A stretch of DNA of 64,000 nt from Methylomonas sp. (GTDB lineage: Bacteria; Pseudomonadota; Gammaproteobacteria; Methylococcales; Methylomonadaceae): NCBI RefSeq assembly GCF_023228165.1, contig NZ_JALOBS010000005.1:82264-146263 (forward strand), given 5' to 3'. The translations under genes and the position numbers were made by a program. Under the pieces are notes generated by a model that was not told the origin of the DNA, searched no databases, and saw only the letters and a program-made list of their open reading frames with translations. This document shows, one piece after another, positions 48,272 to 57,606 of this stretch (positions within the stretch are counted from its first letter, which is position 1; every line of letters starts with the position of its first letter).

Positions 48272-49731
48272 TTGCCGCCTATCTGGTGTTGTTGATTCCG
48301 TTCGCCGGCATCCTGTTTTTTGCCTTTGACGGCCATAAGCAGGAGACTGGGCGATTGAATGTGCGCTTCAATGCGGTGACGCTGGCGGCGACCGTCTGGC
48401 TGGCGGTGAACGTGCTGAATAACGGCACCATTTTGTCATCCGGCAAAGCCTTCATCATCGACTCATTCAATGTCTATCTGATCGTGCTGACCGCCTTCAT
48501 CGGCCTGACCACGGCGATTTTCTCCGCGCCTTACATGGAGCACGAAAAAGAGCTGGGCAAACTGACCGAAAGACGACTGAAATTGTACTACTCGATGTAT
48601 CAGGGCTTCATGCTGGCCATGTATCTGGTATTGACCACCAACAATATGGGGGTGATGTGGGTGGCCATGGAAGGCGCCACACTGGCTACGGTATTGCTGG
48701 TCAGCCTGTACCGCACGCCCGAATCCATCGAAGCGGCCTGGAAATATTTCATTCTGTGCGGAGTCGGTATCGCTCAGGCCCTGTTCGGCACCATCCTGCT
48801 ATATTACGCCGCCGTGCAAATCGGCGACGGCGACAATGCCTTGTTATGGTCGGTACTGTTCGACAATGCCCGGAAACTGAATCCGGAAATTCTGGAGATT
48901 GCCTTCGTGTTCATGCTGATCGGCTACGGTACCAAAATCGGCCTGGTCCCCTTGCACAACTGGCTGCCCGACGCCCATTCCGAAGGCCCCACACCGATGT
49001 CGGCGGTATTGTCCGGACTGTTATTGAACGACGCCCTGTATGCGGTGGTGCGCAATAAAATGTTGGTCGACGGCGCCACCCAAGGCAATATGGCCGGCTT
49101 GCTGATGATGGGCTTCGGCATGCTGTCGTTTTTGGTGGCTGCCTTGTTTTTACATCGGCAAAGAGACATCAAACGCTTGTTTAGTTATTCATCCATCGAG
49201 CACATGGGAGTGATGACCTTTGCCTTCGGCATGGGCGGCCCATTGGCCACCTTTGCCGCCTTGCTGCACATGACCGTGCATTCCCTGACCAAATCGGCCA
49301 TCTTCGTCACCGTCGGCCATGCCTCGCAATTGGCCGGTACTCAGAATATGGACCGGATACGCGGCTTGATCAAAACCCAGCCCCGGATCGGCTGGGGTTT
49401 GTTAATAGGTACCGTGGCGATTGCCGGCTTTCCGCCGTTCGGGGTATTCACCAGCGAATTTCTGGTGTTGCTGGCCACCATGCACAGCTATCCCTGGCTG
49501 GCGCCCTTGTTGCTATTGGGCATAGGCATCGCCTTTGCCGGCCTGTTCCGCCATATTCAACCCATCGTGTACGGTGAACAACCCGAAGGCCAATTGCCGA
49601 TCAAGGCCAATCTATGGCCGGTGATGATACATCTGGCGCTGGTGTTGTGGCTGGGTCTGGCGATACCGGATTTTCTGGCCAACTGGTTTTCGCAGGCCAC
49701 ACTGCTGATCTCAGGGAGTATGCCGTTATGA
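48268..49731 (+). CDS. hyfF: Hydrogenase-4 component F-like proton-translocating subunit
   Basis: EAAWKYFILC, GTKIGLVPLHNWLPDAHSEGP, KRLFSYSSIEHMG. Confidence 0.9.
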   Translation: MIAAYLVLLIPFAGILFFAFDGHKQETGRLNVRFNAVTLAATVWLAVNVLNNGTILSSGKAFIIDSFNVYLIVLTAFIGLTTAIFSAPYMEHEKELGKLTERRLKLYYSMYQGFMLAMYLVLTTNNMGVMWVAMEGATLATVLLVSLYRTPESIEAAWKYFILCGVGIAQALFGTILLYYAAVQIGDGDNALLWSVLFDNARKLNPEILEIAFVFMLIGYGTKIGLVPLHNWLPDAHSEGPTPMSAVLSGLLLNDALYAVVRNKMLVDGATQGNMAGLLMMGFGMLSFLVAALFLHRQRDIKRLFSYSSIEHMGVMTFAFGMGGPLATFAALLHMTVHSLTKSAIFVTVGHASQLAGTQNMDRIRGLIKTQPRIGWGLLIGTVAIAGFPPFGVFTSEFLVLLATMHSYPWLAPLLLLGIGIAFAGLFRHIQPIVYGEQPEGQLPIKANLWPVMIHLALVLWLGLAIPDFLANWFSQATLLISGSMPL

Positions 49732-51311
49732 GTAATTTAAACTGGACTGAGATATTCGGCCAGGCAATGGATGCGGCGGGAGTTTTGATCGAAACGCAAC
49801 CCGCGACCGCGGACCACCTGTCGGCCTGGCAAATCGCCGACCGGCACTGGCAAAAGCTGGCCGAAGTAGCCATGACGCATCGGCTGCGCTGGTCCGCCGG
49901 CTGGGCGGAACAAGGCCCCGAGCAATTCAGCGTTTACGTCTTGTTTGAAAAACAGGGCGAATATCTTCAGGTACGGACCTCCATCGATCTTAACAGAGCG
50001 GAACTGCCCAGCCAGGCCACTGTGTATCCGGCGGCCAACCGCAGCGAACGCCACACTCAGGATATGTTCGGCATTAAATTCGCCGAGCACCCGGACAACC
50101 GGCCCTGGACCCGACATAAGGCCTGGGACAAGCACCAATACCCGCTGCGCAAGGCGTTTGCCGTGCAAGGCCAGCCGGAAGCGATTACGCCACCGGACCT
50201 GGATTATGCCTTCGTCAAATCGCATGGAGCCGGCACCTACGAAATTCCGGTCGGCCCGATTCACGCCGGCATCATTGAACCCGGCCACTTCCGTTTTCAG
50301 GCGGTCGGCGAGCTGATCCTGAATCTGGAAGAACGTTTCGGCTACACGCACAAAGGTATCGAGAAAATCGCAGAAGGTAGAACGCCCGAATCGTTGGCCC
50401 GTTTGGCCGGCAGGGTGTCCGGCGATACCACGGTCGGCCATGCCTGGGCGGCCTGCAAGGCCATGGAACAAGCGGCAAACATCAGCATTCCGCCGCGCGC
50501 GGCCTTGCTGCGCGGCATATTGGCCGAACGCGAGCGAGTGGCGAATCATTTGGGCGACATCGGCGCAATCTGCAACGACGTGGCTTTCACTTTCGCGCAA
50601 ATCCAATTCAGCCGGCTGCGGGAAGACTGGTTGCGCACTCAGGCCAATATATTCGGGCATCGCTTATTAATGGACTGCATCATTCCCGGCGGCGTTAAAC
50701 ACGACATAGGCGAGGCCGATTGCGACGCCTTCAAAGCGGATAACGTCCGGCTCAGAAAAGAACTATCGGACATCATTACCACACTGGATTTGAATTCATC
50801 GCTGGAAGATCGGTTATACACCGCCGGCTTTTTGTCCGAAGACATCGCCGCCGCCTTCGGCACGCTCGGCTACGTCGGTCGGGCCAGCGGTCAGGATTTC
50901 GACGTGCGCCGCGATGCGCCCTACCCGCCCTACGATAAAGTCACGGTAAAAGTGGCCTTGGAAAACCAGGGCGATATCGCCTCGCGGTTTTGGATACGTT
51001 ACAAGGAAATTATGGCCTCGATGAAACTAATCGAACAATTCATGGCATTGCTGCAAGCGGGTGAAATCGCCACAGCCTGGCAAATTCCCGCAGCGGGTAG
51101 TTCCGGTCTGGGCATCATCGACGGCTGGCGCGGCGAAATCGTCAGTTATGTAGCCTTCGGCTCCGATAACAAAATTTCCCGCTTTTATCCGCGCGATCCC
51201 AGCCAGCTGAATTGGCCGGCCCTGGAGAAACTGGTGCTGAACAATATCGTCCCGGATTTTCCGGTCTGTAACAAATCCCTGAACGGCTCCTATTCGGGCA
51301 ACGATTTATAG
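49728..51311 (+). CDS. HycE-like (NuoC+NuoD) large subunit lacking NiFe-binding cysteines (Ehr type)
   Basis: GPIHAGIIEPGHFRF, HKGIEK; L1 site reads RVSGDTTVGH and L2 reads NKSLNGSYSG instead of CxxC motifs. Confidence 0.9.
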   Translation: MSNLNWTEIFGQAMDAAGVLIETQPATADHLSAWQIADRHWQKLAEVAMTHRLRWSAGWAEQGPEQFSVYVLFEKQGEYLQVRTSIDLNRAELPSQATVYPAANRSERHTQDMFGIKFAEHPDNRPWTRHKAWDKHQYPLRKAFAVQGQPEAITPPDLDYAFVKSHGAGTYEIPVGPIHAGIIEPGHFRFQAVGELILNLEERFGYTHKGIEKIAEGRTPESLARLAGRVSGDTTVGHAWAACKAMEQAANISIPPRAALLRGILAERERVANHLGDIGAICNDVAFTFAQIQFSRLREDWLRTQANIFGHRLLMDCIIPGGVKHDIGEADCDAFKADNVRLRKELSDIITTLDLNSSLEDRLYTAGFLSEDIAAAFGTLGYVGRASGQDFDVRRDAPYPPYDKVTVKVALENQGDIASRFWIRYKEIMASMKLIEQFMALLQAGEIATAWQIPAAGSSGLGIIDGWRGEIVSYVAFGSDNKISRFYPRDPSQLNWPALEKLVLNNIVPDFPVCNKSLNGSYSGNDL

Positions 51312-51320
51312 GTAGCGGCC

Positions 51321-51830
51321 ATGTTTAGACTATTTACTAAAATCCTCAGCACCGGCATCGTCACCGAGCGGATAAAAGCCCCGAAAGACGCGGAACTGGA
51401 ACAGCTGGGCATAGAAATCAAGCGGCATATCGACCGCCGGTTTTCCGGCAGCATCGCCATCCGCGCGGTCGATGCCGGTTCCTGCAACGGCTGCGAACTG
51501 GAAATCCACGCCCTGAACAATCCTTATTACGACATAGAACGTTTCGGCATCCATTTCGTCGCCTCCCCCCGTCATGCCGACGTCTTACTGGTGACCGGCC
51601 CGGTATCGCGACACATGCAAACCGCCCTGCTACGCACCTACCAAGCCACGCCCAACCCAAAATGGGTGGTCGCGGTCGGCGATTGCGCGGCCTGCGGCGG
51701 CGAGTTCGGCGAGTCATACGCCAGTTGCGGGGCAGTATCCAATGTCATTCCGGTGGATATGACCATTCCGGGCTGCCCGCCTACCCCGGAAGTGCTGATG
51801 AAAGGCCTGTTGGGCTTGATGAAACGCTAG
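51321..51830 (+). CDS. HycG/NuoB-like Fe-S small subunit
   Basis: GSCNGCELE, SPRHAD, GDCA, PGCPP. Confidence 0.92.
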   Translation: MFRLFTKILSTGIVTERIKAPKDAELEQLGIEIKRHIDRRFSGSIAIRAVDAGSCNGCELEIHALNNPYYDIERFGIHFVASPRHADVLLVTGPVSRHMQTALLRTYQATPNPKWVVAVGDCAACGGEFGESYASCGAVSNVIPVDMTIPGCPPTPEVLMKGLLGLMKR

Positions 51831-51858
51831 GCCTAAGATTCCAAAACGTTCCACTTAT

Positions 51859-51883
51859 GGTTCCCATGCTCAGCGTGGGAACC
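51859..51883. repeat. REP-like palindrome
   Basis: GGTTCCCATGC-TCA-GCGTGGGAACC. Confidence 0.65.
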
Positions 51884-52153
51884 TGAAGATGACGCTCCAG
51901 CTGCAAACCAGCCCCTCAAAGTGTTCCCCAGCGAATTTTTAGCGTAACCAGACCATATCGTTACCCAACCGGCAAGGTAAAAGCGGATAGGTTTACCCCC
52001 CTTTCACCAAAATTGGCTATTATCATTTGCAGATAATTCCCGGATTCTGTTAAACAGTTAACAAAAATTACAATTCCGCGCTCAATAACCATTACCAGGA
52101 GTCGGTTGCAATGACGGCACTCACATTGAATAGCTTGCAGGGGTAGATACGTA

Positions 52154-52771
52154 ATGAACATCCAACCGGCTAAATTTCATTTACGGGATCAATCGCAGCA
52201 CGCTTGGCAACCGCAACGAGTCTTATTGTTCAGCGGCCATATGATAGATGCAATCCATCGCAGCCCGCCCCGCTTCCCGCCGGAAAAAACCGCACTCGCC
52301 GCGCGATGTATAGCCGATAAATTGGACGAAATGCAAGCCGGACCAAGCGACTTGGCTATCACCCAAGGCGCTAACGGCGGCGACATACTGTTCGCGGAAG
52401 CCTGCCTGCAACGCGGGGTAAAATTGCAACTGCTGCAACCTTTCCAAGAAGCGGAATTCATAGCAAACTCGGTCACTCCGGGTAACGCCGACTGGCTACT
52501 GCGTTACCAAACCATCAGCCAACAATTATCCGCGCCGCCCCTGGCCGCCCCCAGCGAACTCGGCGCCCTGCCCGCGGATATGAACGCCTACGAACGCTGC
52601 AACCTGTGGCTATTAGCCAGCGGCCTGGCCTATGGCCCGGAAAAGCTGGTGTTTATCTGCCTGTGGGATGGCGGTGGCGGAGACGGCCCCGGCGGCACCG
52701 CGCATATGGTGACAGAAGTGCAAAAGCAGCACGGGCAAGTGATTTGGCTGGATACCAGGGCGTTATGGTAG
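52154..52771 (+). CDS. Stand-alone SLOG-like (nucleotide-binding Rossmannoid) protein
   Basis: LFSGHMID...RFP, GANGGDILFAEACL, YERCNLWLL, CLWDG..GDGPGGTAHMV. Confidence 0.7.
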   Translation: MNIQPAKFHLRDQSQHAWQPQRVLLFSGHMIDAIHRSPPRFPPEKTALAARCIADKLDEMQAGPSDLAITQGANGGDILFAEACLQRGVKLQLLQPFQEAEFIANSVTPGNADWLLRYQTISQQLSAPPLAAPSELGALPADMNAYERCNLWLLASGLAYGPEKLVFICLWDGGGGDGPGGTAHMVTEVQKQHGQVIWLDTRALW

Positions 52772-53035
52772 CGCGGACGAATTTAAGCACGGTTCCATCG
52801 GAACCCTCCGCCGGCGCTTTCGCTAGCGCCGACTAGGATTTGTTAATCCAGGCGCTGGAAGGATCCCGGTCATCGGTCCGGAGGCGCTGCTGATGGAATT
52901 GTCAATCCAGGACGGCCAGCTTTGGGAAGAAGGGAATCAGGCCGGGGTTAGAACCCGGCGCATTCAGGATGGCTTATCCATTGCCGGTCTGCATCGACCC
53001 GGAACCTGCGTGCGGAGGCGCCTACTCATTTGTGA

Positions 53036-53133
53036 CCGTCGTTCCGGCATGGATTGTCGGAATCCAGGCGCCAGGATAGATCGAAGTTTGCCATCCATGG
53101 CAATGGATACCCGATTCCTGGCAAGTATGACGG
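53036..53133. repeat. About 98-bp MITE/REP-like element with imperfect terminal inverted repeats
   Basis: ccgtc...ggaatcca / tggatac...gacgg ends; internal palindrome TTGCCA-TCCA-TGGCAA. Confidence 0.6.
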
Positions 53134-53219
53134 GTATTTTGTAGTTGCTGAAGCCGCTTCATAATCAGGTGTGATCAAGTATTGCATCATCGGTTAACCA
53201 ACATTTTTTGGAGTTCTGT

Positions 53220-54260
53220 ATGCTGAAAACCCTCGATATTCTATTAGGCATGACCGTGATCATGCTGATTGTCAGCATGGCGGTGACGGTGTTGACGCAA
53301 TTCATTTCCGGACTGGTGAATCTGCGCGGCAAAAATCTGGCCCGCGGATTGAGCGATTTGCTGCAACAGATAGACCCGAACCTGCAGCGCAACATCGCCG
53401 AGCAAATTACCCGCTCCCTGCTTACTCATCCGATGATCAGCAGCGTCGGCCAACGCCTGGGCGATACCATACACCGGGAGGAATTCGTCAAACTATTGAT
53501 GGACTTGGCCGCCGGCGAGATACCCGAAAATCACAGCCAGCCGTTGTCGGACGAGGCCAAACAACTGCTGATACAACTGTTGCAGCAAAACGGCATCGAC
53601 AACCCCAAGGACACCGTCGATAAAGTCCGCGACTATGCCTTGCAGTTGGAATTGAGCAATCCGGAACTGGCCACTAATGTCCGCCACAGCATTGCCATGC
53701 TCACCGAAGCCAATAGCCGGCTGGTGGCCAAAGTCAACGGCTGGTTCGACCAAACCATGGACAGGGTTTCCGATCGGTTTACCGCCAGCAGCCGCATGGT
53801 CAGTTTGCTGTGTTCGATCATCGTGGTGGCGGCAATACAGCTGGACAGCCTGGACGTAATCAACCGTTTAGCCATGGACGACCAATTGCGCGAAGCACTG
53901 ATCAGCAAAGCCATGGTTATGGAACAAACTCGCGCGGACAATCAGCCGCAACCCAATTTAAATGTCGACACGGTGAAAACCGAACTGCACACCCTGCAAC
54001 AATTGGGGGTTATCGACGTGATCAATAGCGGCAAAAACTGGCGTCAGCATTGGTGCGAAGTCAACCCCATCGGCATCATTCTGTCGGTGTTTCTACTCAG
54101 CCTGGGGGCGCCGTTTTGGTACGGCGCCCTGAAAAACCTGTTGAAACTGCGCGGCGCACTGGCCGGCAGGGATGACGCGCAACGCCAGGAACGTCAGACC
54201 CGCCAGCCGCCGAAATTGCCCGTAACCGGCCAAGCCGACTCGCCGCGAGGCGTCGGCTAG
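53220..54260 (+). CDS. Uncharacterised multi-pass membrane protein
   Basis: GGAG RBS before ATG 53220; hydrophobic segments at the N-terminus, middle and SLGAPFWY C-terminal region, with helical loops. Confidence 0.8.
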   Translation: MLKTLDILLGMTVIMLIVSMAVTVLTQFISGLVNLRGKNLARGLSDLLQQIDPNLQRNIAEQITRSLLTHPMISSVGQRLGDTIHREEFVKLLMDLAAGEIPENHSQPLSDEAKQLLIQLLQQNGIDNPKDTVDKVRDYALQLELSNPELATNVRHSIAMLTEANSRLVAKVNGWFDQTMDRVSDRFTASSRMVSLLCSIIVVAAIQLDSLDVINRLAMDDQLREALISKAMVMEQTRADNQPQPNLNVDTVKTELHTLQQLGVIDVINSGKNWRQHWCEVNPIGIILSVFLLSLGAPFWYGALKNLLKLRGALAGRDDAQRQERQTRQPPKLPVTGQADSPRGVG

Positions 54261-54398
54261 CGGCCCGAAGCTGGGTGGATTGACTAGCCCGAGCCGGCGG
54301 CGAATAATGAAACAGATTAACAGCACAATAATATTTGTAACTCATAATCCGCATGCCCACGCATTCTCACTACGAATGACACATCTAACTTTCAGCCT

Positions 54399-57300
54399 AT
54401 GACCAGCGTATTCATTAGTTACAGCCACGACGACGTCCTTCACCAGCAACGGGTCTACGCCTTGGCCGACCGGCTGCTGAAAGACGGCGTCAATGTCATT
54501 CTCGACCGCGACTGCGGCTCAGGCGGGCCTAACGAAGGCTGGGCCAAATGGTCGGAAATGCAGGCGGACAAAACGGCCATCGTATTACCGGTCTTCACAC
54601 CAGCTTATCGTAAGTGCTGGGATGGCGAACAACCACCTAACATGCGTTTAGGTGCTATTCACGAACTCAAGGTGATCTATCAACGGCTCTACAAAGCTGG
54701 CAGCAATATCGATTTTTGCCGCATCCTCACCTTCGAAGACGAGCACCGCAACAGCATACCGACTTTTCTGGAAGGCCTGCCGGTTTTCGATGTCCAGCGT
54801 GACTATGACCAAATCATCGCCTGGTTACGCTGGAAAGGCGCCGCACCAGAACCCAACACAAGCACCTCTGAAATTTCCTGGCCCAACATTCCCGATGACT
54901 ATCCCTGGCCGCTGGCCGACCGTGCAGATCAATTAATTACATTTAAGGGGATGATCAGAGGAACAACTAGGGAACGTATTTTCCTGCTCGAAGGTGCCAG
55001 CAATACAGGAAAAACTTCACTGCTCTCTGCATTTTTTAATCTAGCAAAATCAGTCGAACTTGATGCCGTTTTTCTCGATTTAAAAGGTTGCTCCAGCTTG
55101 GAAGACCTGTTCGACACCTTGGCGCTTGAAGCAAACGACAGCATCTTGCCTGCATTTCACAGTGCCAATGGCGATGCGCGAAAAATCGCACTGCTGCAGG
55201 ATTTGAAAAATCTGCGAAAACCTTTGTTGATCGGCTTCGACACCTATCAACACATCGCACCGGATGTTGCCGACTGGCTCGAAAGCCAATTCCTACGCCG
55301 GGTTGAACAATGTCCGGGATTATTGATACTGATCGCCGGCCAGAAAGTCCCGGATCCGACCAAATACCCCTGGGGCACGCTAGCCATGCCACATCAGTTG
55401 CAAGCGATCCGGGAGAAAAAATACTGGCGCGAGTATGCCGAACGGGTATTGAAAAAGTCGAATATCACCGATGAATATATCGAAGCGGCGCTGCATATTT
55501 ATCAGGGAGACCCCGGTGCAACCAGTGCATTCCTTCAATCTATTACTTTAAAAAACACTCCAACTTCACATCCAGACGAACAAGTTGTAAGTATAAATGA
55601 CGGTCAACCTTTAAATGAAGTCAAAGCAATATTAGTCGGACGAGGAGCTGCCGGGAAAACATCTATAGTTCGTCAATTAGTCAATAATAGTTTTAATCCG
55701 AACGAAAAAGAAACTCTCGGCATCGATATTTCCTCATGTTATTTAACATACGGGGACTACAAATTTAAAGTCAATTTCTGGGATTTCGCTGGACAAATAA
55801 CCGCGCATGCCACCCATCAATTTTTCTTTTCGAGAAATAGCGTTTATATCCTAGTTATTACCGGACGAGAGGATACCCAAAAACTAGATGCTGATTATTG
55901 GTTGCGACTGATACGAGCTCTTGCATATGACTCGACTGGAGAATCTCCAAAAGTCATTATTGCAATGAATAAATGGGAACCAGTTGGTTTTAAAATTGAC
56001 CGAAATTATTTAAAAGAAAAATATCCTTTTATCATAGATTTTATAGAAACCGACTGCAGTACAGGTCGAGGAATAAACCCCTTAAAAAATAAATTAGCCG
56101 AAGCCATTGATTCCATGGCATTTGTGCACCAATCATTTAAACTAAGTTGGTGGAATATTAAAAATCGTTTGGAAACTGAACAATCCAAAAAGAATTATTT
56201 ATCTTACATCGAATTTCAATCCATATGTGCCGAGCTGGGTGAAACAAATACTGAGTATCAACGCCTATTATCTGAGACTTTTCATCAGCTAGGAATTGCT
56301 TTAAATTATAGACAAGATGAACGCTTGCGTAATTCCACCGTATTAAATCCTAACTGGTTAACCGAAGGTATATACAAATTATTGCGACTTGCTGCGGCAA
56401 ATGATGGCAGCGCTGAACTTACTCTTGACTCCGCCCAAAAAACACTGCCAGACGAGTCGAGAAATATGTGTGAGTTTTTGATCGAATTAATGCGGCGTTT
56501 TGATTTGGCTTTTCCACTTAACGAAGCAAATGATCGCTGGTTAGTTCCTCAACGTTTACCAGAGGAACAACCAGAACTGGGGATAGAATGGACATTAAAT
56601 ACAGACGCTACTCGATTAATATTCCGCTATCCAGTTGTCCCAGAGGGCTTAATGCCGCGTTTTATTACGCGCACATATCCGCTCAGCGAAGGAAACGATG
56701 ATACAGGCCCACTTCCACGTTGGGCCAATGGCGTAGTTTTAGAAGACAGTGAAGCACGTGCGCTTGTGCGATTAGATCAAGAGCTGAGAACAATTACAGT
56801 AATAGCCATTGGTGAACAATCTGCCCGGTTGTCGTTACTCGGTGTAATTCAGTCTGATTTTCGAACAATTCACGAAGACATAAAAGGACTTGGGCAAGAA
56901 AGATTTTTAGAAGTCGAGGGAAGACCTGACATCTATGCTCCAGTAGAAACTTTATTGGCCGACGAAAGACTTAAACGCCCGTCCTCGGCGGCTACACCGC
57001 AAGGTACTTTAATACTTGATCCGACAAAAGAACTAAATCGATTATCCGAACCCTCTGCACGTAAAGAAGGTCTTTGGCAAGCTAAAGTGTTTATCAGTTA
57101 TTCAAGTACAGACGCACGAATGAAGGATCAATTATTGACCCGCCTTAAGCCTATGCAGGAACGCGCGGGATTGATCAAATATTGGCATGATCGTCTGATT
57201 ACACCCGGCGAAAATTGGGATGGTGAAATAAAAAGCCAGATTAAAGAGGCAGACATCATTCTATTACTAGTAAGTGCCAAATTTTTAGCCTCTGACTATG

Positions 57301-57563
57301 TCAACAGTGTTGAACTCAAATTAGCTATTGAACGCGCAACATCCGAGCGAACTATTTTAATCCCAATTATTCTCGAAAAGTGTTGTTGGGAAACTCAAAC
57401 ATTTAGTGCATTTCAAGCATTACCACTTAAAGGAAAACCTATACGCGACATCAAGCCACAACGAGATGGCTGGCATCAAGTCGAGAGTGAATTAATGCAT
57501 ATTTTTCGAAAATTAAGGGAAAATCGATCAACTAAAGATGATTCCAAATTGAATAATCAGTAA
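54399..57563 (+). CDS. SEFIR/TIR - P-loop NTPase - Roc GTPase - COR - TIR multidomain protein
   Basis: VFISYSHDD (N-terminal TIR/SEFIR); GASNTGKT; Roc G1 GRGAAGKTS, G3 FWDFAGQ, G4-like NKWE; COR (LNPNWLTEGIY, PEGLMPRFITR); C-terminal TIR KVFISYSSTD...LLLVSAKFLASDY. Confidence 0.88.
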   Translation: MTSVFISYSHDDVLHQQRVYALADRLLKDGVNVILDRDCGSGGPNEGWAKWSEMQADKTAIVLPVFTPAYRKCWDGEQPPNMRLGAIHELKVIYQRLYKAGSNIDFCRILTFEDEHRNSIPTFLEGLPVFDVQRDYDQIIAWLRWKGAAPEPNTSTSEISWPNIPDDYPWPLADRADQLITFKGMIRGTTRERIFLLEGASNTGKTSLLSAFFNLAKSVELDAVFLDLKGCSSLEDLFDTLALEANDSILPAFHSANGDARKIALLQDLKNLRKPLLIGFDTYQHIAPDVADWLESQFLRRVEQCPGLLILIAGQKVPDPTKYPWGTLAMPHQLQAIREKKYWREYAERVLKKSNITDEYIEAALHIYQGDPGATSAFLQSITLKNTPTSHPDEQVVSINDGQPLNEVKAILVGRGAAGKTSIVRQLVNNSFNPNEKETLGIDISSCYLTYGDYKFKVNFWDFAGQITAHATHQFFFSRNSVYILVITGREDTQKLDADYWLRLIRALAYDSTGESPKVIIAMNKWEPVGFKIDRNYLKEKYPFIIDFIETDCSTGRGINPLKNKLAEAIDSMAFVHQSFKLSWWNIKNRLETEQSKKNYLSYIEFQSICAELGETNTEYQRLLSETFHQLGIALNYRQDERLRNSTVLNPNWLTEGIYKLLRLAAANDGSAELTLDSAQKTLPDESRNMCEFLIELMRRFDLAFPLNEANDRWLVPQRLPEEQPELGIEWTLNTDATRLIFRYPVVPEGLMPRFITRTYPLSEGNDDTGPLPRWANGVVLEDSEARALVRLDQELRTITVIAIGEQSARLSLLGVIQSDFRTIHEDIKGLGQERFLEVEGRPDIYAPVETLLADERLKRPSSAATPQGTLILDPTKELNRLSEPSARKEGLWQAKVFISYSSTDARMKDQLLTRLKPMQERAGLIKYWHDRLITPGENWDGEIKSQIKEADIILLLVSAKFLASDYVNSVELKLAIERATSERTILIPIILEKCCWETQTFSAFQALPLKGKPIRDIKPQRDGWHQVESELMHIFRKLRENRSTKDDSKLNNQ

Positions 57564-57606
57564 ATGGTTATTGAAGTTTTTTTAAAAAAACCCAAAGTAG
57601 GCACCC

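Noticed and set aside
44350-51830. Functional formate hydrogenlyase/[NiFe] hydrogenase
   Set aside because: The large subunit lacks the NiFe cysteines, and there are no fdh, hyp or maturation protease genes
52780-53030. Stop-interrupted minus-strand frame (..NAPGSNPGLIPFFPKLAVLD*QFHQQ..)
   Set aside because: It could be a decayed gene, but I cannot assign any homology
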